Shown: positions 40,701 to 47,408 of the stretch, one piece after another
How the letters are laid out: each line of letters begins with the position of its first letter
How positions within the stretch are numbered: position 1 is the first letter of the stretch
Source: a virus
Lineage: Duplodnaviria; Caudoviricetes
Strand: one strand, 5' to 3'
Length of the DNA: 51,357 nucleotides
Virus record (IMG/VR): IMGVR_UViG_3300020045_008814
Span: 1-51,357 of that record
Translations under genes and position numbers: made by a program
Notes under the pieces: generated by a model
Told to the model about the DNA's origin: nothing
Database searches by the model: none
The model's input: the letters and a program-made list of their open reading frames with translations, nothing else

Positions 40701-42281
40701 GCATCACTTGCAGAGAGAACTGATGAAGCTAATGTTATAAAAGCATTTACTGATTTACTTATTAATCCAGATGAAAATATTAGGAATCTTGCTGAAGATT
40801 TAGTTAAATACTCATATTCAATAGGCGGGTTACAGAAAGCACTTGAGTTTTCTAAATATATCCCAACAGCTTACATGAGGACAACTAACTTTACTGAGAT
40901 TGTTAATAGTATTATGAACTCTTCAGGCTTTGATACAAGTAGGTTTATTAAGCAATTTATTCAGCATAATCCTCAATACGCAAGGAGGTATAATAAAGCA
41001 AATAGAGATAAATTCACTATTGAATATGGCTCAGATATGTCTTTGCTATCACAGGTTAAAATTGCTGGTAAGAATGAGTTAATAATGCCTAATTTTGTAT
41101 CAAATTATAATGATAGATCAAAGAAGTGGGATTTATATGAATTAACATCAGTAGATGGTGAAAATTATAATTACACAAAGATTGGTATACTTGGTGGTAA
41201 AGGTAAAGATTATACTTCTTTTAATGAGTATAACTATAATAAACAAGATTATGATTCATTAATAAACTCAAATAATGTAGTAAAGAAAGAAATTAAATCA
41301 AGTAATATTGTAAGTGAACCTAAAGTATCAAATGAACCAGTTATAAATAACCCAGTTTACACTGATGTAATTGCTTCAAATTATGTGAGCAAATTAACTG
41401 GTAAAAAGGCTCTTGAGTATACTGTTAGTAAGTTCACTGAAAAGAGGTTTAATATATTAGGTGAATTATTAATTAAAAACTCTGATGTTCTTGGAGATAA
41501 CTTTTCTGTAAGTGTAGATAACTCATTAAAAAGTAATGATGCACCAGTAAGAGGTTCTTCTGGAAGCTATGGTGTTAAAATCAATCCAACAGCTATAAGG
41601 AATTTTGAAGGAGCTATTGGTAGGAAGTTAACAAACAAAGCTATTGAAGAAACTATTGCTCATGAGTTATTACATTCATTTACTAATGAGCTATACAATA
41701 AATATAAAACCAATCCAAATTCCTTAAATAGCTCAATAAATGAATCTTTTAGGAATATTGAGACTTTATATAAAGTAGCTTATTCTAAATTAAATGAAGT
41801 TGAGAAAGGATATGTTAACGCAATAATCAAAGGAGATGTTAGTTCAGTTGCTAAATCATTGAAAGCACAAGCTGATATTATAAATAAGTACCAAGGGTTT
41901 AAATCTGGTAAAGAGTTTATTTCAGAAGCAATATCCAACACTGAGTTCCAGAAATTACTTAATGGCATTGAATTCCAAAATAATAAGAGTATATTTGGAA
42001 GGTTCAAAGATTTAGTTATTAAAATTTATAATGAGTTTGCTAAATCACTTGGATTTGATGTTAAACAAGGAAGTGTATTGGAATCAACAATTATTGAAGT
42101 TATGGAGTTAATAAGTAGTGAAAGCAGTATTTCTGAAGACACAAATATTGGAAATAAAATTATTGATGAATTTAGTTTAGGTATGAGTGTTTCAGATTTT
42201 ATGAAAACACTAAATGAATCTGAAAGAACTAAGCTAAGGGAAGAGATTAATAATGGAAATATAAAATTTGAATGTAAATGA
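28755..42281 (+). CDS. Giant virion-packaged two-barrel RNA polymerase polyprotein (4508 aa) with N-terminal membrane segments and a C-terminal zincin domain
   Basis: RIPNQ...S and MGSDFDVDK (DFDVD at 39105-39119), TDAQ, KP, YIKSS.YPL, SA.K.G and VDNAK.P motifs of crAss virion RNAPs; AHELLH (41658-41675) plus EFISE (41913-41927). Confidence 0.92.
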   Translation: MDINKLYDSNFEQSAIKQFDVKSLYTPEDITGQKQQNFNEYMGGVGGLGKSDYDTNISRRDIENLPKIRGERQPWYAQAGAFTNQAVVGEIIGGTIMSLGALADVPEMIGNAIDGSENEFSNYIYEAGKSISDWTRNVTPIYQTGERFGDSGWWFQNGVSVASAGSMLIPGMGVAKGVGALAKLGKLGTTATNMAQTGLGALSMRHAENFREASDVYKNIYNDGINAGLNEDKVKQAASNAAALDYNMNYANLAFDIIQMGAILKPLSGLTRNISGISGKLAIAADELLTTAKYTPATRFGKIMSRIKDPAKIGLSEWTEGIEEAINTVSQFESTRQGQIDLGLKSDDGSVFTERLGKYLGTQELQDAAMWGVIGGSVFGGIGEAIHGEKKNTQQRKIAELASRNERIRSYSSNINKVVSDNTIKPEDKTGIIDSIKDNMIKDLTFSAAKAGNIDILLDQVQDPKFIATLEESGFGSREELQQNIPNIVNKIQSYENIYTKNFNRFYESNLNQNVKNILIDKYSNLESKLDDNLNEINKINSSYNKLLVNDPWYKANSANPGVNEAIEMNSMQYAKIALEDALENSNDESNNSVIKEALNNLNKSISSFKPLNKPVDISAIDRRVIEYNAEKIVLSQYNNALSGKISEMVKPENINKEAKIVEKELDDFVNEIKTNKQSADIEESKAKVNEAKDRLTGQYSILGIDNESVPTMTEYEGRMSSGIDEYYNKENQLKDNDFYIFSKSIDSIGDEMFIDKYENLKSDIVDRVDNLLRYYNTENISSDEKESIGTMLKLEHKKLRLINDKFDSVNIEYKSPIELMEYSDTTKSLIDKELYNIKQERINEVLLSEIVESVDDNAREFVVRGKKYYNLYSFLSSQNGIPGAINIDNNGNIVSVTLSDENGKNVTFREEKIVDAISYVILVKQIELYESNNKINIDTPEVNNLIEDSSNVLNKKLYQLNNDLYEVSETIHYIDNELKQMIYEYKSIGYSILDAEKDLKYSELTSQKEKLINISNIIISEISNITNQSNEKESVKSIREGIERKNKKDVKRKIIKGKKSDINRLNRTVQQEIIKKDIITDKNLIQEQELARQEEMSIPMEEEFAQPSKMKPVGDAYEEKKQAIIDNTNAVLEAYKAANKGAIDPQVIKDVEDYAAQQLTKLDADFDVVKPVELIDNTGYNDGENTDVEETDIEVKESDELVLDSKRVSALALNYLAAQYEVYDKGNYKQTVDVSKTDPEKLTASEWSMLNPGSKVVVSLDRDFNGEVYEYSKDNDAVRRVKVDNKYSTVKKTFNEIYNDDKINAPIKVEYIVDNKVVFKAYLPTLDWLRSVNEYNEYENLANTETNPALDEIEKVAKIRQVITEGSLDSKYNFIVSKKGLGKLIQNIEDGKRVYKPISESLKNLINSKDFYSGNIKPFAIYNKGFKVGLNKEFSGNINLTEESLDKLSNKTGGVFIMVPSSKNGIFIPAPVKTPLLTSSIVKLVDESIMAYAYKNQNQFVKDVNKYYSHNIINSSNNLKEFLSEFIYFMDINEVNKTHGDKALRIGFDTKKSEILINTGNGKKPIKLALNTATSNPTEFNSRLELLKNVLPKARLSVKLSRLNSDNDFYEPILSDDGSISFNQTTYNNFLSANINTDLTELKTSNGKYVYTVQPVINIEQIKGEVVEPNKTKSDTDNISDLKSKLKSKIKGNSFIEDSKDLGRIVDEFSIGIGNLNTVEYSLRAVNILQSDRAKQIFAKGEKAKWDLNKILTELAIPKEQKELLLDLNITDREQLALELASKYGYTVEVNTAYNKAIYLDTEFNAAVPEWMNNSFLDQEQVPTKEPSKYYSNLTVPGGINYTENEISTPLITPSIKGHAQFSTDKGIGWFRSDETEKNQELISKKGREEFDEIVQKIYNGTATEEDYNRRDYLRDNILNYKTQSKTRRILEVQSDLFQKGRTANILVNTEKSFDEYLVSPEGYTDLTELEDAEDRKLFELRKELNNPQLTHKEALEYVRKNNKNIGTNQQNQFLQLLNKDNNWVTFFIKSIIQDSAKKGYEKILFPKGETAAKVEGHETIAERLKFINAQLDILKTKDGNRLIKDVLTQDNDFNITISADRNSIVNEAIAELEKEKVNIKSQGIEKLKPIEAFYEIKVGNILEKQFGKDNVKTITDEYGNQWREINVDVLDDIQLSIGVEQAENIKKYSLSFLVKDGDYVYTSNKQNEITKTIASNIYSQFIDNDSNGVKTSVTLAFMKAKESFSDLRDVVKEISELTKDEAELIINEDEFKFIGSYENSKVLVNEFNRILKDNVWKQFENQVITELKNLSIDVKRGSISDYSSVDVKIIQDSLNEDFVEGNDGIYEKSYDDFSSFQIDSKDTASWRVKIALSKIKDGKRNFLGLANYLPFDTVFDDLQEILWNTDGDINEYVKVLNEIALNNKSKQYINEVIKMLKSPETSIQLKNNFVSVMQRAFNNFQLVKWKKGVSGWTLNVISSNRNNVVSKITESWNENFKNSDYVKDVNGELFVDKNKSNKLLEELKALTNNQERKDFVIKLFNEIGIDIPDAAIKALTDDFTLTSKSYNIHGTFADQFSFTKSGAPNGMFSSIVDSMARTNTTEEEDVEFDSFELNNPFIGSDSESAIKVLANIASKYMQRTETNTHRNVDGKQIYDYSFYTPERLRIEKLNKDASLRNTLKNSVYTGFSSYLNKLDNGVKLVYDQIDGLSSMKGDGVTRGNMSSREQTLTTLAYFQRVNNANTVGYVGLTHSDKTFSPVVYFEKDNYSVVPSDLVDGKVTKESLTANVKSSIKLLVQAEQSRIKNIIDKKSKGLVNKNDIGSQYYYGAEYFYFFPSLNDAVKVDGDISLDRLDNTEMLTSLALDEVVDTINGTIDDFNNKGIVYYDEKTKRWTTSFNSQYVNKLGYSKKYSKSEVSELVAIAATDLEVNYMIHNANMMMLVHGDPALEFKEDVNTTLVEYQKRLAKDAAPGMLGHYNWATDKYSGSNKYNVIIANDIENGTLTDGYIKNIEAYSKLDRTDAQELTTLEEHLNVMIAYGRITEKDYTSVMDKIMQAKKDGSYNYELSENELKLIFGPVKPVQVYTNYDELTGVDQIYYIKSSSYPLIPQLTNGLDIDKVRVAMERDGIDRLAFKSATKIGYKKLAKLADNDGNILNDLNFNNNAIQLDRSGFLIQQDIPYEEGKHRIITISQMNKLLFEGTSDIEFNYNGKKYNGIELKKYKERIRSKLMDLSASELYDRMGIQVIDNEPVLKDFTKLLTSIKEEAEARGWSINDIESLSIDENGDLILPLSFNNSSTRIESLVLSMFTNTIIKQKINGKSLVQGTSSGFKNNVKTLDEIKDQSGIVFIKDKFDPKTGLKYLVPGDANNKTQRAQVLMPWKFEGEIKDYLDKDRYIDTNKFDKELLNLIGARIPNQSHSSQLATEIVGFLPKSMGDLIIVPGEITKQMGSDFDVDKLYTYIYNSTINKDGRLIKIPSDIVDINGEAIVEKYNDFVRKNYDVEPTIEQILGEEFIEGKGLPLRNFLVRAVLENVYIDIHNVVLTNNEVAKKCLTPLDADDLKETGGNAMTKIDEGNFLSSKRQLNDFIKQRAGKSGVGVYSRAVVGATVIQDYNLSLVKYDKDSNDLIPNYFTGFGYKSGDKTIPYKLHKLSGYGKSKFNDLTRSKVYNLIIQQSGAVDNAKTPVLDMNNLNMQTFNASIAISLLEDNSGNALNLEYNSYFLRQEIIKDYVKEIENMSDTLNEEYVTDRKEEVKNKLVRKYLNKAGLSEYNKSNKPFDPQALIVLLKKYGSNDVGYIRYQLEILNNFMILDSIGQELSDIFTAISTDSKGLGKSFWESSRRQEQIEDLSKVKMIIGANELLKDSENGKIANYVKEANTVMGQIFPYNKEFVKYTIEYLESLSGKNDRVDIEFRNKIWESIRMFIVSSNDLDTYSDRNSVFIGDNSLARRIEKVKESVKDNLFLNKLRTVKSTKVGDPDLLIFSASLAERTDEANVIKAFTDLLINPDENIRNLAEDLVKYSYSIGGLQKALEFSKYIPTAYMRTTNFTEIVNSIMNSSGFDTSRFIKQFIQHNPQYARRYNKANRDKFTIEYGSDMSLLSQVKIAGKNELIMPNFVSNYNDRSKKWDLYELTSVDGENYNYTKIGILGGKGKDYTSFNEYNYNKQDYDSLINSNNVVKKEIKSSNIVSEPKVSNEPVINNPVYTDVIASNYVSKLTGKKALEYTVSKFTEKRFNILGELLIKNSDVLGDNFSVSVDNSLKSNDAPVRGSSGSYGVKINPTAIRNFEGAIGRKLTNKAIEETIAHELLHSFTNELYNKYKTNPNSLNSSINESFRNIETLYKVAYSKLNEVEKGYVNAIIKGDVSSVAKSLKAQADIINKYQGFKSGKEFISEAISNTEFQKLLNGIEFQNNKSIFGRFKDLVIKIYNEFAKSLGFDVKQGSVLESTIIEVMELISSESSISEDTNIGNKIIDEFSLGMSVSDFMKTLNESERTKLREEINNGNIKFECK

Positions 42282-45200
42282 CAAAATGTAGAGTTGTTAA
42301 GGCTCCATCTAAACTTGAGGAGCTAATAGATAAATATGGTCAAAGCAAAGGATTGAAGATGTATTTAAGGGGTGATTCAGTTATTGAGTCACCTTCATTT
42401 GATACATTAAAAGCTGATTATGAGATTGAGAATATTAAATTCTTCTATGAATACTACAAAGACTCAGCAGATTCAAAATATGAGGAATTATCTGGAATGT
42501 TTGGAAAGGATAATGTAAATATAGTTCAATCCAAAGATAATAGAGGAAGAGAAGTTTATAAGGTAATTGTTGTAAATCCATTAAGAGATAAATCAGAGGA
42601 GTATTCTGTTGGTGTATCAAACCCATTTGAACAGATGGTTAGATATATAAGTGGTCAAGTGAGAATAAAAGCTAATAGGATATCTAAACTTAAATCAGAA
42701 CTATCTGAAGCTAAAAGAAGTAGTAATAAACCGCTAGTTGAAAAGATTGAGAAAGATATATTAAGAATAAGTGAAGACATAACAAAATTAAAAGATCAAA
42801 TAACTGAGTTTGAGACAAAGCTAAATGTTGATTCATTGAAAGATATTGCCATGACTCAACTTGATTGGGCAAGATATTTACTTTCAAAAGAGTCACTTAC
42901 TCCGTCTGAGTTGATAGAGATTAATTATGTCATTGATACATGGTCTAATGTTAGATCAATAATGTATGATGAGACTGAAGATGTTCCTGAAGATATGTTA
43001 AAACTTTTTGGCGAAATAAATAATAAACTACAATCAGATGATTTATTTGGTAGTTGGTACAAATTATCTACAAAATTTCTCAGTAATCAAGCTAAATACA
43101 AATCACAACAAGAATTACTTGATGAATATTACAAGCTTAAAGATGTCAACTTCTTTTCCTCATATGGACTTGATTTATCAAGAACTGGTAATAAACTACT
43201 ATCATCAGTTAATGAAAATATGGTTAATGCAGTTAATAGAGCTGAGCTTGAGTCAAAAGAACTGTCTGATGAAATAAATAAGAGATTTAAGATCCTTAAA
43301 GACAAGGGCAAGGACTATAAGATACTTATGGATAATGGTAATTTAACATCAAGATATACATCAAATTACTGGAATGAGAAGAGAAAAGTTGATGCAAAAT
43401 TCAAAGCAAGTATAAATAATGCAACATCTCAATCACAGATAAAAGCTGCTTATAATAACAGGAATAAGTGGTATAAGGACAATACTGTAACTTTTGATGT
43501 AAGATATATTGCTGATAATAACTTTGTATCAGATCAAGGAGTCACTAAAGATATGTATTTATCATTTTTAGCCACTAAATTTGACTCAAAAATGCTTGAT
43601 GATATAATCACTAAGGCAAAAGAGAGTTATTTAAAATATGAGGCTGATTTAAGCTATTTTAAGCAAGATGTAATGGATTTAATAGATAATAGTGAAATTA
43701 CTCAAGAAGAAGGCGATAAAAAGATTAGTGAGTGGATTAAACAAAATAACCCATCAATATTTTTAGCACAATCAGATCCTGGTAATAATAACTTTATACA
43801 GAAATATAATAAATATGTTGTAACCAATCCAGTTGAGTTCTCTAAAGATGGTAAAAATAATGGTTTTTATAATGAAAATTTTAAGAGAATTGAGGCTGAT
43901 GAGAGTTTACTATCAACCTATAATTTCATTAAAGAATTTATGGGTGAGATGATGTCATATATACCAAGGTACTTAACCAAGGATAATGATGTATATGGTA
44001 ATTTCTTGCCAAGGATTAAAAAAGAATTCATTGATGATTTGAATTACAAGGACTTCTGGGGCATGGTTGCAACTATGAAAGATGATTTTATAGATGGAAT
44101 TACTAGTGAAGATGGGTTAGATCATAGGTTTATACAAATAGACCCAGTGACTGGTATGCCTTATAAGAATATAAAGATGGCTTTTCTTAGTAATATACCT
44201 CAAGATGAGAGAAGTACTAATTTGCCAGAAGTATTGAAAGCATTTAGCAATATTGCAGTTGCTTATAAATGGAAAAGTAGGGTTGAGGATCAGTCATTAC
44301 TTGTAAATAGGTTTGTAAGCAATGTAGTTAATAGTCAGGGTAGAAAAAGATTTACTAATGATGAATTAACTAACATTAGAAAAATGCTTGAATACTCTGA
44401 GGATGTGTTATTATATTCAAAGTCAAGAGTTGATGAAGGTAAGAGCAACTTGAAAATATTCACAAATAATTCATTTATAGTTAAAGATATTAGTGATTTT
44501 GACAAGGTAAATAACAAGTATAATAAGTTACTTGAGAAAATGGATCACAATAATGCTTTAAATGAATTAAAAGATGAATTTAAGAGTAAAATTGAGATTG
44601 TAAATGAGAAGAAAAGATATAAACAATTAAAGGAAGTTATTAGTCAGATTGAAGAAGATTTTTATCTTGAGAAAATAACTGAAGAAGAATATAATAATAA
44701 AATACAACCATTAGAAAAGAATGCAAACTCTATTGGTAAGAATCTTGTGTTCTCAAAGATTGGTGATAAGTTATTAAGATACAATCAAGCATTAGCATTA
44801 GGTTTCAACCCATTTAGTGCTGTAAATAACTATTTATTTGGTATAACATCAAATATGATGTGGGCATCAGGAAGAACTGATTTTACCCCAAGAGAGATGA
44901 ATAGAGCATTAGGTTTAATGTGGAAATCTAGTCTAACCTTAAAAGATAAGCAATTTGATAAAGTAGCTAACTTGATGTCTAAGTTTGATATATTACAAGA
45001 AACTATTGAGTTTAAATCTGATAGCAAGAATTCTACATTAAAGAAGTTAAAAGACTCCCCATATGAATTACTAAGAAGAGGTGATTATTTTATTAAAGGT
45101 CAGACATTTATTGCGATGATGCTTAATACTAAGATCAAGGATTTAAGTGGTAATTCAAGGAGTTTATATGATGCTTTTGATAATTCTGGTAACTGGAAAG

Positions 45201-45964
45201 CATCTGAGTTTGGTGAAAATAAAGGTTGGAATGGAAATATATCTAATAGTGAAGAAATGCAGGATTTCTTAAACTTCAAGAATAGATCTACTCAATTGAT
45301 TAAGAAGTTACATGGAAACTTTGACCCAAAATCACCAGCTATGTATAAAAAATATATACTTGGTAGAATGCTTGGCCAATTTAGATTAAGTTGGATGGCT
45401 GAAGGTTTTGCCCAAAGATTTGAGAGTAAAAAGATGGACCCATTCTTACAAAGAGAGATTGAAGGGAGGTATGTAACAGCTTATAGATTAGGTATTGGAC
45501 AAACATTAAAAACATTAACTAAGCTTGCATTAAGGCAAAAAGATGCTTTCAATGGCATTAAAGCTCAAGATAGAAAACTTGCTGAAGAGAATATTAGGAA
45601 ATTATTAATTGAGATATATTTATACGCAGTAATGTTATCATTGTATTTATTAGCAAAAGCTGGCACTGATGATGATGAGGATGATGAAGCTTATTTTGCA
45701 GCAATGAATTTATTAAATAGAGTTATGGCTGATACAACATTTTATTTAAGTCCTAATACATTTACTTCATTAATTGGTGACCCAATCCCAGTGTTAAAAG
45801 TCCCAATAAGAGCAACAAAAGCATTTGATTCTGCAATTGAATTGATATTTAATGATGATTTAACTGAATATCAACAAGATCAAAAGTTTACTAATATAAC
45901 AAATGCATTTCCATATATAAATCAGTATAACAGATTCCAGTATTTAACCGAGAGAGAAAGGTAA
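42278..45964 (+). CDS. Large ejection/cargo protein following the RNAP
   Basis: 1228 aa, helical; LHGNFD...G....QFR.SW and EGRYVT motifs; TM segment followed by TDDDEDDE; ATGA overlap. Confidence 0.7.
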   Translation: MTKCRVVKAPSKLEELIDKYGQSKGLKMYLRGDSVIESPSFDTLKADYEIENIKFFYEYYKDSADSKYEELSGMFGKDNVNIVQSKDNRGREVYKVIVVNPLRDKSEEYSVGVSNPFEQMVRYISGQVRIKANRISKLKSELSEAKRSSNKPLVEKIEKDILRISEDITKLKDQITEFETKLNVDSLKDIAMTQLDWARYLLSKESLTPSELIEINYVIDTWSNVRSIMYDETEDVPEDMLKLFGEINNKLQSDDLFGSWYKLSTKFLSNQAKYKSQQELLDEYYKLKDVNFFSSYGLDLSRTGNKLLSSVNENMVNAVNRAELESKELSDEINKRFKILKDKGKDYKILMDNGNLTSRYTSNYWNEKRKVDAKFKASINNATSQSQIKAAYNNRNKWYKDNTVTFDVRYIADNNFVSDQGVTKDMYLSFLATKFDSKMLDDIITKAKESYLKYEADLSYFKQDVMDLIDNSEITQEEGDKKISEWIKQNNPSIFLAQSDPGNNNFIQKYNKYVVTNPVEFSKDGKNNGFYNENFKRIEADESLLSTYNFIKEFMGEMMSYIPRYLTKDNDVYGNFLPRIKKEFIDDLNYKDFWGMVATMKDDFIDGITSEDGLDHRFIQIDPVTGMPYKNIKMAFLSNIPQDERSTNLPEVLKAFSNIAVAYKWKSRVEDQSLLVNRFVSNVVNSQGRKRFTNDELTNIRKMLEYSEDVLLYSKSRVDEGKSNLKIFTNNSFIVKDISDFDKVNNKYNKLLEKMDHNNALNELKDEFKSKIEIVNEKKRYKQLKEVISQIEEDFYLEKITEEEYNNKIQPLEKNANSIGKNLVFSKIGDKLLRYNQALALGFNPFSAVNNYLFGITSNMMWASGRTDFTPREMNRALGLMWKSSLTLKDKQFDKVANLMSKFDILQETIEFKSDSKNSTLKKLKDSPYELLRRGDYFIKGQTFIAMMLNTKIKDLSGNSRSLYDAFDNSGNWKASEFGENKGWNGNISNSEEMQDFLNFKNRSTQLIKKLHGNFDPKSPAMYKKYILGRMLGQFRLSWMAEGFAQRFESKKMDPFLQREIEGRYVTAYRLGIGQTLKTLTKLALRQKDAFNGIKAQDRKLAEENIRKLLIEIYLYAVMLSLYLLAKAGTDDDEDDEAYFAAMNLLNRVMADTTFYLSPNTFTSLIGDPIPVLKVPIRATKAFDSAIELIFNDDLTEYQQDQKFTNITNAFPYINQYNRFQYLTERER

Positions 45965-45990
45965 CTTAGGTGAAATTTTTTAGTAAGAGT

Positions 45991-46017
45991 AAGGGAGTAT
46001 AATAACTCCCTTTTTTT
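45991..46017 (+). terminator. Intrinsic terminator ending the virion operon, between convergent genes
   Basis: AAGGGAGT-ataata-ACTCCCTT followed by a T-run. Confidence 0.8.
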
Positions 46018-46059
46018 GTTCATTATTTTATTAAGTTCATTGTCAATGAACAGTTATTA

Positions 46060-46317
46060 TTATTGAACATTTTTCCTATCAATCCAGTCTTGACTAAATT
46101 TATCTATTCCTATATAAGTGTATTTTCTTCTCCAAAATTCCCACCACTTATGATGTTTAATTTCTTTTAATACAACATCTCTTGAATCGCATGCGCAACT
46201 ATATGAATTATATCCACATTTAGGGCATACTCCACCACTGTTGTACATAACCCAATAACTCATTCTTGATTCGCAATTTGTACATACATCTATTTTATAC
46301 CAATCACTTTCTCTCAT
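46060..46317 (-). CDS. Small zinc-ribbon protein
   Basis: CTNC...CPKCG motif pair. Confidence 0.65.
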   Translation of the reverse strand: MRESDWYKIDVCTNCESRMSYWVMYNSGGVCPKCGYNSYSCACDSRDVVLKEIKHHKWWEFWRRKYTYIGIDKFSQDWIDRKNVQ

Positions 46318-46328
46318 TTTAATTTTTA

Positions 46329-46424
46329 TTATTTATACTTAAACGTATTCATCCATGCACATAATTCATAATCTGGACAAACTTTACATGGTATTTTACC
46401 ACAATATTCATCACCTAAAACCAT
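46329..46424 (-). CDS. 31-aa Cys-rich peptide (not in the ORF track)
   Basis: MVLGDEYCGKIPCKVCPDYELCAWMNTFKYK; A-rich leader; fits the gap between neighbours. Confidence 0.5.
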   Translation of the reverse strand: MVLGDEYCGKIPCKVCPDYELCAWMNTFKYK

Positions 46425-46444
46425 GTTTTTAAATTTAAAATGAA

Positions 46445-46840
46445 TTATTCAGATTGACTCTCTTCTAGTATAACAAATAGTGAACATAAGAGAAAAGATA
46501 AGAGTGATGCTATAAGTATACATACAATAAATGGATTGGCCCAATTCTTTATAATACTACCTTCTGGCACTCTAAAAATAGTATAGTCGCCAATTTTTGA
46601 TTGATAGTATACTGATGGGCTTACTCTTAAATCAAATATAATGCCTCTTTCTTCTTTTAGTATTAAATATAGGCTTCCTCCATATTTATAAGATCCACTG
46701 GTTTCCATTTTGTGAAGTATCAGGCAATTTCTATCTTTATTTCTTGATGACACTAAAACCAGTGTAAATATCAGCATAACAAGAGATATTATGGTTGTAG
46801 ATCTTAATTTAGTTTTGAAAATTATTTTTAACAATTTCAT
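46445..46840 (-). CDS. Two-TM membrane protein
   Basis: Hydrophobic segments near both termini. Confidence 0.6.
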   Translation of the reverse strand: MKLLKIIFKTKLRSTTIISLVMLIFTLVLVSSRNKDRNCLILHKMETSGSYKYGGSLYLILKEERGIIFDLRVSPSVYYQSKIGDYTIFRVPEGSIIKNWANPFIVCILIASLLSFLLCSLFVILEESQSE

Positions 46841-46910
46841 TATTTAATTTTATTAATTATATTTGTCTTGATTTTAATTAAGTAATTCAATTCAATTAAA
46901 TTAATCATAG

Positions 46911-46953
46911 TAAGAAGGGAGCTGTTGTGAAACAAATTCCCTTTCTTTCTTTT
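46911..46953. terminator. Imperfect hairpin, possible bidirectional terminator
   Basis: AAGGGA...TCCCTT stem flanked by AAG and TCTTTCTTTT. Confidence 0.4.
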
Positions 46954-46973
46954 AACACCTCACTCCCAATTGA

Positions 46974-47408
46974 TTAATCTTCCTTCCATCTTTTTAATGC
47001 TTCACGAAAGCATTCTTGAGATTTAATATCATTGCAATTTGACTCATTAGCACTATTATTCCCTTCATGAAAGAAGTTCAGTAATATTGCTAACTCGTGA
47101 TCTTTAATTTTTCTTATGTACTTACATATCTCAGAATCTTTTGAATAACCAAGATTCTCTAACTTATTCTCTATTAATTCAGTAATCATTCTCATTGTTT
47201 CAAATATTATAGTCATTACTATAAGTAAAGATAGTATTAATACCCAAATTATTATAATAGGCAATAAAGATATTCTTATTAACTTCCTGTATTTACCCTT
47301 GCATAGTAGATAATACTCCAGATAGTTCTTGTTTAAAAGCATTGAAGTTTTCTTGAAGTATAAATTCATCATTTTCATCACATGGTTTTTTATCAAAATC
47401 AACTCCAT
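46974..47408 (-). CDS. Hypothetical protein, possible TM segment; true start probably downstream of 47408
   Basis: ORF track; 116-nt overlap with the upstream gene makes the start uncertain. Confidence 0.4.
   Translation of the reverse strand: MELILIKNHVMKMMNLYFKKTSMLLNKNYLEYYLLCKGKYRKLIRISLLPIIIIWVLILSLLIVMTIIFETMRMITELIENKLENLGYSKDSEICKYIRKIKDHELAILLNFFHEGNNSANESNCNDIKSQECFREALKRWKED

Noticed and set aside
10-45027. Many 60-124 aa minus-strand and off-frame ORFs in the track (e.g. 10..201, 2738..3109, 4848..5171, 29528..29863, 43038..43277)
   Set aside because: They lie within or opposite well-supported long genes and have shadow-ORF composition.
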